Below the pieces are notes generated by a model. It made no database searches. It had not been told where the DNA came from and saw only the letters and a list, made by a program, of their open reading frames with translations. A stretch of 64,000 nucleotides of DNA from an uncultured Chloroflexia bacterium (GTDB taxonomy: Bacteria; Chloroflexota; Limnocylindria; Limnocylindrales; CSP1-4), in NCBI GenBank assembly GCA_963754485.1, contig CAVWFY010000011.1:156833-220832 (forward strand), read 5' to 3'. Below, piece by piece: positions 50,199 to 59,847 of this stretch. The position numbers and the translations under genes were made by a program. Within the stretch, counting starts at the first letter, position 1, and the number at the start of each line of letters is the position of its first letter.

Positions 50199-52604
50199 CT
50201 ACTGGCTCGCGAGCGCTCCCCGCACCTGACCGTCGTGGACCGCTGCCAGCTGGGCCTCGTCCAGGGCCGGGTGGAGGTCGATCTCGATCCGGTCGATCCT
50301 TCCCGTGAACGGGAAGCGGTGCGGGTACGGCCCCACGGGCGCCCCCGTGTCCACGCCGACGTCGAGCGTTTCCCCGCTCATCGAGAACAGGAACGGGACC
50401 GTCCGCTCGATCCGACCCCCCGCGACCTCCCGGTCATCGACGGTGAGCCGGATCCGCCCGCCCTTTCCCAGCCCGCCGCCGTCGTAGTCGAAGTGCACCC
50501 CCAGCACGATTTCGCCCGTCGGAAGGGGATCCGTGCCGGCGATCCGGGTCAGGATCCGGCCGAACAGGTTGTAGTAGTAGACGGGACATCCGTCCTGGAC
50601 GTAGAGCGACCAGCCGGCCATGTTGCCGCCCTGGCAGATGACGACGCCTTCCGCGCCACCCTCCGGGATCGCCAGCTTCGCCCGCAGGTCGAACGACGTG
50701 TTCTTGAGGCTCACGGACGCGAGCTCGGGGAGGCGGACGTGGTCGCGGTACAGGGTGAAGCTCGTCTTCCCGTCGAGGAGGCTGGGCCGGTTGTGCGGGA
50801 GCGCACGGAGAGTCGTCTGGTCGCTGAGCGGGTACACGCCGAATGCCCGTGCCTCGCGGTCGAAGATGGCCTGGAGCTCACGGAGCTTCTCGGGGAACTG
50901 CGCGGCGACGTCGGCGGCCTGGCTGAAATCGTCATCGACGCGATAGAGCTCCCAGCGCTCGCTCTCCCCGAACTCGACGGCTTGTGATCGCACCCACGGC
51001 AGGCGGCCGTGGAAGCAGGCGGCCACCCATCCCTCGTGGTAGATCGCGCGGTTGCCGAGGATCTCGAAGTACTGCGTCGTGCGCCGGCTAGTGGCCGCGG
51101 CGTCGTCGAACGTGTAGCGGAGGCTCACGCCCTCCATCGGTCGCTGCTCGATGCCGTTGACCACGGCCGGCTCTTCGATACCCGCGACATCGAGGATCGT
51201 CGGAACGAGGTCGATGACGTGGTGGAACTGCGACCGAAGCTCGCCGCGGGCGACCATGCCGATCGGCCACGAGACCGCCATGCCGTTGCGGGTGCCGCCG
51301 AAGTGGGAGGCGACCTGCTTCATCCACTGGAACGGCGCGTCGAGCGCCCAGGCCCAGGCGACGTTGAAATGGTTCTCGCAGCGAGGCGACCCGAAGTCGT
51401 CGATGTGGGCCAGCAGCCACTCGGGATCCTCGGGCTCGCCGTTCTGGAACGACGGCGAGCTCCACGCGCCGTGCAGCGTCCCCTCGCCCGATGCCCCGTT
51501 GTCACCCACCAGGTAGACGACGAGCGTGTTCTCCGCCTGGCCGAGATCGCCCAGGGCGTCGAGCAGGCGCCCAACCTGGGCATCGGTGTGGGCGAGGAAG
51601 GCCGCGTAGACCTCCATCAGCCGGCGGGCGACCGGCTTGTAACGGTCCGGGTAGTCGTCCCACGCGGGGATCTGCTCGGGGCGGGGTGTGAGGATGGTGC
51701 CCGGCGGGATGACGCCCAGCTCGAGCTGGCGGGCGTGGGTCCGCTCCCGGAGCGCGTCCCAGCCGTCGTCGAACTGGCCGCGGAACCGCTCGATCCATTC
51801 CGGCCAGACATGGTGCGGCGCGTGCGTGGCGCCCGGCGAGAAGTAGACGAAGAATGGCTTGTCGGGCGCCGCCGCCTTCTGGAGGCGCATCCACTCGATC
51901 GTGCGGTCGGCCAAGTCCTCCGTCAGGTGATAGTCCTCACGACCGACGTACGGCTCGATCGGCGTCGTCTGGTCGTAGAGGGCCGGTTCCCACTGCGACG
52001 CCTCGCCGCCCAGGAACCCGTAGAAGCGCTCGAAGCCCAACCCCGTGGGCCAGCGGTCAAAGGGCCCGGCCGGGCTCGTCTCCCACATCGGCGTGACGTG
52101 AGCCTTGCCGAACATCGCGGTGCTGTAGCCGTTGAGGCGGAGGATCTCGGCGACGGTCGCGGTGCTGCGCGGGATGATCCCGTCGTAGCCCGGGAAGCCG
52201 TAGGCGATCTCGGAGATCCCGCCCATGTGGGCGCTGTGGTGGTTGCGGCCCGTCAGGAGCGCGGCCCGGGTCGGCGAGCACAGCGCCGTCGTGTGGAACC
52301 GGTTGTACGTCACTCCCTGGGCCGCGACGCGGTCAAGCGCGGGCGTGGGGACCGGCCCACCGAAGGTGCTCGGGGCCCCGAACCCGACGTCGTCGTACAT
52401 CACGACGATCACGTTCGGGGCGCCCGTTGGCGCGCGCTCGATCTCAGGGCGCGATGGCGTCGATGCGGTCGCCAGCTCGGCGATGACGCCGCCGAACGGG
52501 CGCTCCGGGCGCGGGAGACGTCCCGTCGGGCGGTCGGGGGCTGACAAGGAATCCTCCGCGCTCAGGGAGCTCCCAGCCGGCAGGCGCCCTCGGGTCGCGC
52601 TCAT
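50199..52604 (-). CDS. Arylsulfatase (formylglycine-dependent sulfatase family)
   Basis: CSPTRAALLTGR (C-x-P-x-R FGly motif) and GKAH; 801 aa. Confidence 0.85.
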   Translation of the reverse strand: MSATRGRLPAGSSLSAEDSLSAPDRPTGRLPRPERPFGGVIAELATASTPSRPEIERAPTGAPNVIVVMYDDVGFGAPSTFGGPVPTPALDRVAAQGVTYNRFHTTALCSPTRAALLTGRNHHSAHMGGISEIAYGFPGYDGIIPRSTATVAEILRLNGYSTAMFGKAHVTPMWETSPAGPFDRWPTGLGFERFYGFLGGEASQWEPALYDQTTPIEPYVGREDYHLTEDLADRTIEWMRLQKAAAPDKPFFVYFSPGATHAPHHVWPEWIERFRGQFDDGWDALRERTHARQLELGVIPPGTILTPRPEQIPAWDDYPDRYKPVARRLMEVYAAFLAHTDAQVGRLLDALGDLGQAENTLVVYLVGDNGASGEGTLHGAWSSPSFQNGEPEDPEWLLAHIDDFGSPRCENHFNVAWAWALDAPFQWMKQVASHFGGTRNGMAVSWPIGMVARGELRSQFHHVIDLVPTILDVAGIEEPAVVNGIEQRPMEGVSLRYTFDDAAATSRRTTQYFEILGNRAIYHEGWVAACFHGRLPWVRSQAVEFGESERWELYRVDDDFSQAADVAAQFPEKLRELQAIFDREARAFGVYPLSDQTTLRALPHNRPSLLDGKTSFTLYRDHVRLPELASVSLKNTSFDLRAKLAIPEGGAEGVVICQGGNMAGWSLYVQDGCPVYYYNLFGRILTRIAGTDPLPTGEIVLGVHFDYDGGGLGKGGRIRLTVDDREVAGGRIERTVPFLFSMSGETLDVGVDTGAPVGPYPHRFPFTGRIDRIEIDLHPALDEAQLAAVHDGQVRGALASQ

Positions 52605-52716
52605 TGTCGCCCATCGCGTTGCCTTCGGGATCGTGAATGCCCGATGTACCCTACGGCCGAGGCCGGACCTGCGGCGCGCACGACCTCACCAGTCACCACC
52701 CGGTGATGGCAGATGG

Positions 52717-54330
52717 GTGCGCGGCCGGTCGAGGGGCCCAGCGTTGCACAAGCCGCCAATCCCGGCAGTCATCGCGGAGCTGTTCGAAGCACCTGTCGCT
52801 CGCAACGGGCTGATCGCGGGAACGCTCGCCCTCGTGGCAGCCGCCCTCGATCCCAAGGTCTGGAGCGCATCCCTGCCCACGATCCAGGCCGTGATCCGGG
52901 AGCGTCCGAGCGTGGAATCGCTGGTCCTGCTCGCGGCGGTCGGGGGCGCCGCCCTCCTCCTCGTCGGCGGCGCCGTCGGTGACACGGTTCGCGCCCGGCG
53001 CGTCATCGTGGGCGGGCTGGCCGTCGAGCTGGCCGCGGCGGTGGCGAGCCTGCTCGTCCCCTCGGGACCACTGTTCGTCGCATCGAGATTCATCGGGCAT
53101 GGGGCGGCGGCGTTCGTCATCCCGGCATCGCTTGCGCTCGTCGCACTGAGCTACAGGGGCATCCCGCGCGCCACGGCGATCGGCATGGCCTACGGCGCCT
53201 ACAGCGGTGCGGCCGCCGTGGCGCCGATCCTCCTGCAGCTTTCGCCCGGACTGCGTGCCCCTGCCTTCGTGGCCGCCATCGTGGCGTGCGTCCTCGCGCT
53301 GTGGCTCGTCCGCTCGCGGATCCCGGATCTCGATCGACCGACGCTGCCCGAACGGCCGTACGTTGTCAGGACGGCCATCTGGGCCTTCGGCATCATCTCT
53401 CTCACGGTGGGCCTCACGTGGGTGGGTGCGGGCTGGGACAACCCGCTGCGCCTGGGCCTGGTCATCGGCGGCGTCGGCATCGTGGGTCTCGCGCTCCTCC
53501 GCGACCGGGCACGGTCCGGCTCCGGTCACGCGGGCGTCAGGATCGAGCGACGGCCAGCCGCGATCGCCGTCATCATCGGGGTGATCCTCGGCATCGCCCA
53601 GACAGCGCCGATGCTCGAGCTCCCGCGCTACTTCCAGCTCGTCCTCCGCTTCAACCCGGTGCTTGCCGTCGTGGCACTGGCGCCGCTCTTCGGAGCGCTC
53701 GTGGTGGCGGGGCCGGCCGCGGGTTTCATGCTGGCGCGCTGGTCGCCACGGAGGCTCGTCGGTGCGGGAGCCATCGTGGTGGGCGTCGGCAACCTGCTCC
53801 TGGCCGTCGTGGTCACGGCCTCGACGGGCTACCTGCTGTTCGTGATCCCGTGCTTCCTCATCGGGGCAGGGTTCGTCGTCGCCACTACTGTGAGGACAGC
53901 CATCATCTTCGCGAGTGTCCCGCGCGGGCTGCCCGCCACGGCAGCTGCGCTGAACGAGGCATCGATCTCGGTCGGCAACAGGATCGGCATCGTGATCATC
54001 ACCGCGCTCGTCGCCGAGATCGCGATCACAACGTACACGGCCAGCGTGGCCGGGCTGCCCGCGACCGAGGCCCAACAAGCGATCGCGGGCTTTCGCGATG
54101 TCCTGGTCGCGGTCGGCACGCCGTCCTTCGTCGCGGCGTCGGAAGCCGTCGCGTCCGTCGATGCGTCGGCGTACATGCAGGCGTACGCCTCGGGTGTGGG
54201 CACCGCGCTCGCACTGAGTGGCGTCGTGGTGATCATCGGCGGCGCCATCGCGTGGCTTGCCCTCGGCCATCGGGACCCATTGGCGACCGTGTACGAGCAT
54301 CGCGACGAGCGGGTCGTGACGGGGGTCTGA
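52717..54330 (+). CDS. MFS transporter
   Basis: 12-14 predicted TM helices; the start is uncertain (GTG 52717 or TTG 52744); the upstream part of the 701-aa ORF is a shadow of the sulfatase. Confidence 0.7.
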   Translation: MRGRSRGPALHKPPIPAVIAELFEAPVARNGLIAGTLALVAAALDPKVWSASLPTIQAVIRERPSVESLVLLAAVGGAALLLVGGAVGDTVRARRVIVGGLAVELAAAVASLLVPSGPLFVASRFIGHGAAAFVIPASLALVALSYRGIPRATAIGMAYGAYSGAAAVAPILLQLSPGLRAPAFVAAIVACVLALWLVRSRIPDLDRPTLPERPYVVRTAIWAFGIISLTVGLTWVGAGWDNPLRLGLVIGGVGIVGLALLRDRARSGSGHAGVRIERRPAAIAVIIGVILGIAQTAPMLELPRYFQLVLRFNPVLAVVALAPLFGALVVAGPAAGFMLARWSPRRLVGAGAIVVGVGNLLLAVVVTASTGYLLFVIPCFLIGAGFVVATTVRTAIIFASVPRGLPATAAALNEASISVGNRIGIVIITALVAEIAITTYTASVAGLPATEAQQAIAGFRDVLVAVGTPSFVAASEAVASVDASAYMQAYASGVGTALALSGVVVIIGGAIAWLALGHRDPLATVYEHRDERVVTGV

Positions 54331-54573
54331 CCGGGGTAGTCGCAACCGAGGTGGGCTTGGAGTAGCCCGTTCGTCGCCGGTGACGTGACGCAATCCACCG
54401 GACGATCGCGTCGCTAGACTTCCTCGAAACCGGGTCGGGCGATCGGAAGGCTGGGGACGACAATCTCGAGACCAAGCAACGGCAGGCCAGAAGCGGCGGG
54501 TGCGCCCGTTGGCGACGATGGCACGGCATTCCGGCCGTCGTTTCCGCTCGTCGATGCGAAGCTGCGCAAGCCC

Positions 54574-56790
54574 GTGTTGCGACCCTGGATCGTGCGGAGG
54601 GATCGCGTCGTCCGAGTCCTCATGGCCGAGCCCTGGGCACCGGTTGTCTCGGTCATCGCGCCGCCCGGCTACGGGAAGACGATCCTCCTCGCGGACTGGG
54701 CGTCTCGCGAGCGACGGCCCGTCACGTGGCTCACCATCGACGACTACGACAACGAGCCGAGCGTCTTCCTCACCTACCTCGCCGCGGCGCTCGACCGCCT
54801 CGCCCCGATCGATCCGGGGGTCGGACGGGCAATCGCCTCCTCGCCGACGCGTCTCCTGGGGACGGCGGTGCCGCGCCTTGCGGCTGCTGTCCACCGGATC
54901 GGCGAGCCGGCCGTCCTCATCCTCGACGACGCACACCGGCTGGTCGATCGGACGTGCCTCGATGCCCTCGTCGCGCTCATCGACCACCTGCCGGACGGAT
55001 TCCAGGTTGCCCTTGCTGGGCGCGCCGAGCCGGACCTGAATCTCGCCAGGCTCCGCGCTCGCCGGGACCTCCTCGAGATCGGGGCGTCCGAACTCGCCCT
55101 CGACGTGGACGAGACGAAGCGACTCACTGACGCGGCGGGGCGTTCGCTCACGCCCGACCAGGTCAGCGTGCTCCGCGAACGGACCGAAGGTTGGGCGACG
55201 GGCATCTACCTGGCCACGCTGGCCGGTGCCGGGTCCGTCGATCCCGGCCGCGCGACCGTGATGGTGTCCGGCCAGGATCCGGCGATCGCCGACTATCTCC
55301 GTTCCGAGCTGCTGTCCAGCCTCGGCGACGAGGACCAGACATTCCTCACCAGGTCGTCGATCCTCGAGGTCGTCGAACCTTCGGTCGCCGAGGCCGTGAC
55401 CGGGATGCGCGGAGCGGCGGAGCGCCTGCGGTCGCTGGCCCGGGACAATCGTCTCGTCGCGCCGCTCGCGGGCGGTGCGCCCTCCTACCGGTTCCACCAC
55501 GTCCTGTCCGAGTACCTGCGGGCCGAGCTCGAGCGCCGGGAGCCCGGGGCGACGACGGAGCTTCATCGCCGCGCCGCCACCTGGTTCGAGGATGCGGGCC
55601 GACCCGAGGTCGCGATCGAGCACGCGCTGGCCGGTGCCGATCAAGCGACCGCGGCGCGTCTCGTCGTTGCGATCACCTTGCCGATGCACTACGCGGGGCA
55701 CACGGACCTGCTCGATCGCTGGATCCGGACCTTTGACGAGACGACGTTCGAGCGGCTTCCGCCGCTGGCCGTCGTTGGCGCGTTGGTGAACGGCGTCACC
55801 GGGAGGGCGGAGGCGGCCGAGCGACTAGCCCACATCGCCGAACGCTCGACGTTCGCCGGAATTCCTGGGGACGGTTCTGCGTCATTCGAGTCTGCGCGCG
55901 CGATCCTGCGGGCGGCCATGGCTCGGCGCGGTCCAGACGATATGCTCGCGAACTCCCGGCTGGCGGTCGAGGCCGAGCCGCCGACCAGCCCATGGCGCCC
56001 GATGGCCCTCTACGGTCTGGGCGCCGCGCACATCCTGCGTGGCGAGTTCGCCACGGCCGACGCCGTCCTGGCCGAGGCCGTCGATGGCGCAGCCCCCGCC
56101 GGCACGTCTCCGTTCTACGGGCTGGCCATGCGCTCGACCCTCGCGATGGCACGGGCCGACTGGCGAATCGCCGAGCGACTCGCACAGGAGAGCCATGCCG
56201 CCTTCGACGCGACACGGCTTCGAGACGTCGCCACCGCCATCCACGTCCACGCCGTCTCTGCCCGCGTGGCCATCCATCGTGGCGACAGCGCGCGCGGCCG
56301 CGAGGAGCTCGTCCACGCCCAGCTCGTCCGTCCGCTGGCTTCGTACGCGCTGCCGTGGACCGCGGTCGGGGCACTCATCGAGCTCGCCCGGGCCTACCTG
56401 GCGATCGCCGACACGGCGGGTGCCCGGACGGCCGTCGCCGAGGCGGAGGAGGTGGTGCGCCGACGGCCCGACCTCGGCCTGCTGACGGACCGCCTCGCCG
56501 AGCTGCGCCGCCAGGTGGACGCCGCGGCGAGCTCGCTGGCCGGACCGTCGACGCTCACCCCCGCCGAGCTCCGGGTGCTGCCCCTGCTCTCCACGCATCT
56601 CACGTTCCAGGAGATCGCGGACCGCCTGTTCAACTCCCGCAGCACGATCCACTCCCACGCGATGGCCATCTACACGAAGCTCGAGGTCAGCGGCCGCGGC
56701 GAGGCCGTCGAGCGGGCGATCGAGCTCGGCCTCCTGGAGCCGTTCCCCGGGCTCAGGCTCACGGCGCGGAGCCAGCCGGACGGGGACTGA
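54574..56790 (+). CDS. LAL/MalT-type large ATP-binding LuxR-family regulator
   Basis: P-loop APPGYGKT, long TPR-like middle region, C-terminal LuxR HTH (LTPAELRVLPLL...TIHSHAMAIYTKL). Confidence 0.8.
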   Translation: MLRPWIVRRDRVVRVLMAEPWAPVVSVIAPPGYGKTILLADWASRERRPVTWLTIDDYDNEPSVFLTYLAAALDRLAPIDPGVGRAIASSPTRLLGTAVPRLAAAVHRIGEPAVLILDDAHRLVDRTCLDALVALIDHLPDGFQVALAGRAEPDLNLARLRARRDLLEIGASELALDVDETKRLTDAAGRSLTPDQVSVLRERTEGWATGIYLATLAGAGSVDPGRATVMVSGQDPAIADYLRSELLSSLGDEDQTFLTRSSILEVVEPSVAEAVTGMRGAAERLRSLARDNRLVAPLAGGAPSYRFHHVLSEYLRAELERREPGATTELHRRAATWFEDAGRPEVAIEHALAGADQATAARLVVAITLPMHYAGHTDLLDRWIRTFDETTFERLPPLAVVGALVNGVTGRAEAAERLAHIAERSTFAGIPGDGSASFESARAILRAAMARRGPDDMLANSRLAVEAEPPTSPWRPMALYGLGAAHILRGEFATADAVLAEAVDGAAPAGTSPFYGLAMRSTLAMARADWRIAERLAQESHAAFDATRLRDVATAIHVHAVSARVAIHRGDSARGREELVHAQLVRPLASYALPWTAVGALIELARAYLAIADTAGARTAVAEAEEVVRRRPDLGLLTDRLAELRRQVDAAASSLAGPSTLTPAELRVLPLLSTHLTFQEIADRLFNSRSTIHSHAMAIYTKLEVSGRGEAVERAIELGLLEPFPGLRLTARSQPDGD

Positions 56791-56917
56791 CGTCTGGCTT
56801 GCGAAGTCGACTGATCTGGTCGATGCGCCGCGCCCGGGATGGGCGGACCGTTCATGCACAGAGCAGCGGCTCTCGACAGACCGCGCACGCCACGGATACG
56901 GATGAGAGGGATCGACC

Positions 56918-58081
56918 ATGGCCGCCGAACGAGTCTCCACCACCGTCCCGCTGAACTGGAACGAGGTCTGGTTCACCAACTGCCCCATGGTCTCCGCCAA
57001 CAACGTGGACCAGGAGTTGGGGTGGTGCCGCGAGGAGTTCAAGAAGATCGGCGTCGACTACGCCTACTTCCGCCACGCTCCCGAGAACAACTGGTACCCG
57101 CACTACATCCACAACCTCGACAACCTGATCCGCTTCGGCGGCCTCTACCCGCCGATCCACGTCAACGCCGACATCCGTCGCACCGTGCTGCTCGGCGCGA
57201 CGTGGGTCTACGAGGGCGGCTGCATGGCCGTGCGCGCCGACGACAAGCTGTTCCGGATGCAGGACCTCAAGGGCAAGAAGGTCGGCATCAGCAAGAGCCT
57301 GAACACCATCAAGAACGACTGGTGGCGGATCCAGGAGCACATGGGCATCGAGAACATGCTCATGCTCAACGGCATGACCATGGACGACATCGAGCTCGTC
57401 GAGTTCCCGTACCCGGACGACTGGTACGACAAGCCCGAGATGCTCGCGGTCACGATGAACAACCCGTCCGAGCTGTGGATGCGCCGCGACCACAAGCACG
57501 ACTACGCCTTCCGCCCGCTCGAGAAGGCCCTCCTGGCCGGCACCGTCGACGCGATCTACACGCAGAGCAAGGTGTTCCAGCACATCCAGGAGGCGACCGG
57601 CCAGCTCGCGATGATCGAGGACCTGACCCGGTACCCGGACTGGCGGGTCCAGGTCGCCAACACGCCGGCCGTCATCACCTGCACGGACGTCATGGCCGAC
57701 GAGCACCCCGAGCTGGTCGTCGCCTACATGAAGGCCATGATCAAGGTCGGCCGCTGGGCGAACGAGAACAAGCACGCCGCCGGCGCGATCCTCAACCGCC
57801 AGACCTTCTACCTCGATGCCGAGGACACGTACCAGGGCATCAAGGACGTCGACATGGTCCCGAGCCTCAGCGCCCGGAACCTGCAGACGATCAAGATCGG
57901 CAAGGACTTCATGTTCAGCCACGGCTACATCAAGCACGACTTCGACGTGGACGAGTGGGCACGCCCGGAGTTCCTCGAGCAGGCGGCGACCGAGGTGCTC
58001 AAGGAGGAGTGGGAGCGCCGAAGCTGGAGCAAGCTGCCGCACGGCGGCGGGCTCGAGGTGGAAGGCGTCCGGCTCGGCTGA
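56918..58081 (+). CDS. Cytoplasmic SsuA/THI5-fold protein resembling DszB (2'-hydroxybiphenyl-2-sulfinate desulfinase family)
   Basis: No signal peptide; TNCPMVSA near the N-terminus (DszB has an SNCPVPNA-like Cys nucleophile motif) and IRFGGLYPP (DszB has a TRFGGEIPP-like motif). Confidence 0.55.
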   Translation: MAAERVSTTVPLNWNEVWFTNCPMVSANNVDQELGWCREEFKKIGVDYAYFRHAPENNWYPHYIHNLDNLIRFGGLYPPIHVNADIRRTVLLGATWVYEGGCMAVRADDKLFRMQDLKGKKVGISKSLNTIKNDWWRIQEHMGIENMLMLNGMTMDDIELVEFPYPDDWYDKPEMLAVTMNNPSELWMRRDHKHDYAFRPLEKALLAGTVDAIYTQSKVFQHIQEATGQLAMIEDLTRYPDWRVQVANTPAVITCTDVMADEHPELVVAYMKAMIKVGRWANENKHAAGAILNRQTFYLDAEDTYQGIKDVDMVPSLSARNLQTIKIGKDFMFSHGYIKHDFDVDEWARPEFLEQAATEVLKEEWERRSWSKLPHGGGLEVEGVRLG

Positions 58082-58190
58082 CGCGTCGGCGCAACGGAAC
58101 GTGCAGGCGGCACAGGCCGCCACGTCACGTTGCTGCGCCACGAGGCGGCCCGAACCTCGCGAGATCCGGGCCGCCTCGGTCACCGAGCCC

Positions 58191-58229
58191 AACCGGGACG
58201 TACATGCTCGGCTACCCGACCGGGACGTA
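58191..58229. repeat. Direct repeat ACCGGGACGTAC x2 (27-bp periodicity) upstream of the crotonase gene
   Basis: Copies at 58191-58202 and 58218-58229; read directly. Confidence 0.35.
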
Positions 58230-58315
58230 CCACCGGATCCCGGTGCGCAAGCCCGTGGACGTCACCTGGCACTGAACGCCGGCCACCGGGACATCGTCAG
58301 CGAAGAAGGACGACC

Positions 58316-59173
58316 ATGACCACTTCTAACGGCACCCGCATGCAGCAGCTCGGCTACCGCGCGCCCGACGCGGTCCCGGAGCCCGAGCAGCTCGTCCTCG
58401 TCGACTACGTCTCGGAGGGGCGGATCGCGGTCATCACCATCAACCGGCCCCATGCCCTCAACGCCGTCACGACGGCCCTCGCGGCGCAGCTCATCGAGAT
58501 CCTCGAGACGATCAGCGCCCGGGCCTCCGTCCGCGTGGCGATCCTCACGAGCGCGGGCGACGAGGCCTTCTCGGTCGGCGGCGACCTGTACGAGCGCAAG
58601 TCGATGACGCAGGAGCAGTGGCTCCGCCAGCGCCAGGTGTTCGACCGGGTGCTGTTCGAGCTGCGCCAGTCCCGCCGCCCGATCTTCGCCGCCGTCCACG
58701 GGATGGCCTACGGCGGCGGCTGCGAGATGGCGATCAGCACCGACTTCATCATCGCCAGCGACGACGCCGTTTTCGGCCAGCCAGAGGCGATGGTCGGGCT
58801 GTCGGCGGGCGGCGGCTCGCCGGTCTTCCTGCCCCGCTTCCTCCCGCCCGGCAGGGCGATGCAGATGCTGATGACGGGGCAGCCGATCACCGCCCAGGAG
58901 GCGTACCGGCTGGGCATGGTCAACGAGGTCCACCCGCGAGCCGAGCTCATGGACGCCGCGCTGCGGATCGCCGAGCAGATCGCGATCAACTCGCCGACCG
59001 CGGTGCAGGCGGTCAAGCGGGCGGTGCAGATGGGCCAGGGCGAGCCGGTGGAGCAGGCGATCGCGATCATGATGGAGGAGCACTGGCGCTCGGTCGTCCA
59101 TGCCGATCGTGTCGAGGGCATCCATGCTTTCGTCGAGGAGCGCGAGCCCGTCTTCGCCGACCCTGACGTCTGA
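58316..59173 (+). CDS. Enoyl-CoA hydratase/isomerase (crotonase) family protein
   Basis: RPHALNAV, GDEAFSVGGDL, AAVHGMAYGGGCEMAISTDF; GAAGGA RBS before the ATG at 58316. Confidence 0.85.
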   Translation: MTTSNGTRMQQLGYRAPDAVPEPEQLVLVDYVSEGRIAVITINRPHALNAVTTALAAQLIEILETISARASVRVAILTSAGDEAFSVGGDLYERKSMTQEQWLRQRQVFDRVLFELRQSRRPIFAAVHGMAYGGGCEMAISTDFIIASDDAVFGQPEAMVGLSAGGGSPVFLPRFLPPGRAMQMLMTGQPITAQEAYRLGMVNEVHPRAELMDAALRIAEQIAINSPTAVQAVKRAVQMGQGEPVEQAIAIMMEEHWRSVVHADRVEGIHAFVEEREPVFADPDV

Positions 59174-59243
59174 TCTTCGGCTCTGCGGCCGGACCGTTCC
59201 CGCCGCCGGCCGCCGCCCCAACATCCTCACCAAGGAGGCCGCG

Positions 59244-59845
59244 ATGAGCGAGACCAACCCCATCGAGACGATCGCCCTGGCGCGACAGACCGGCCTCGGG
59301 CTGTACGTCACCGCCAAGGAGGCGTACGACATGTGGCAGGCCGACCCGGGCCTGAAGATCCTCGACGTCCGCACGCCCGGAGGAGTTCGTCTTCGTCGGC
59401 CACGCACCGATGGCCACGAACATCCCGTTCGCGCTCCAGACCTACGAGTGGGATCCGGAGAAGAAGGCGCTCCGCTGGGAGCTCAACCCCGAGTTCGTCG
59501 CGGCGGTGCAGGCGTGGGCCGCGCCCGACGAGCAGATCCTCGTCGCGTGCCGGTCCGGCGGCCGCTCCGCGATGGCGATCAACATGCTGGCGAAGGCCGC
59601 CGGGTACACGCGCGGCCTGGAACATCCTCGACGGCTGGGAGGGGAGCCAGGTCAAGGACCCCGAGAGCGTCTTCGACGGCATGCGCATGAAGAACGGCTG
59701 GAAGAACTCCGGCCTGCCCTGGACCTACGAGATCGATCCCCGAACGGATGCAGCTGCCGCCGCGCGAGAGCCGCGACGTTCGTGGCCGGGAACGAGCACG
59801 ACTGACGTACGACCGCGGTCCACCGTCCGCGCCGACGAGGAGTGA
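59244..59845 (+). pseudogene. Rhodanese-domain sulfurtransferase gene interrupted by two +1 frameshifts (near 59378 and near 59614)
   Basis: AAGGAGG RBS; LKILDVRTP | EEFVFVGHAPMATNIPF...ILVACRSGGRSAMA...GYTR | WNILDGWEG spread over three frames; span is 3n+2; both shifts are single-base insertions at G/C dinucleotides. Confidence 0.65.
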
Positions 59846-59847
59846 GC

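Noticed and set aside
52225-52716. N-terminal 160 codons of the 701-aa MFS ORF
   Set aside because: Overlaps the arylsulfatase gene on the opposite strand; the plausible MFS start is downstream of the sulfatase start.
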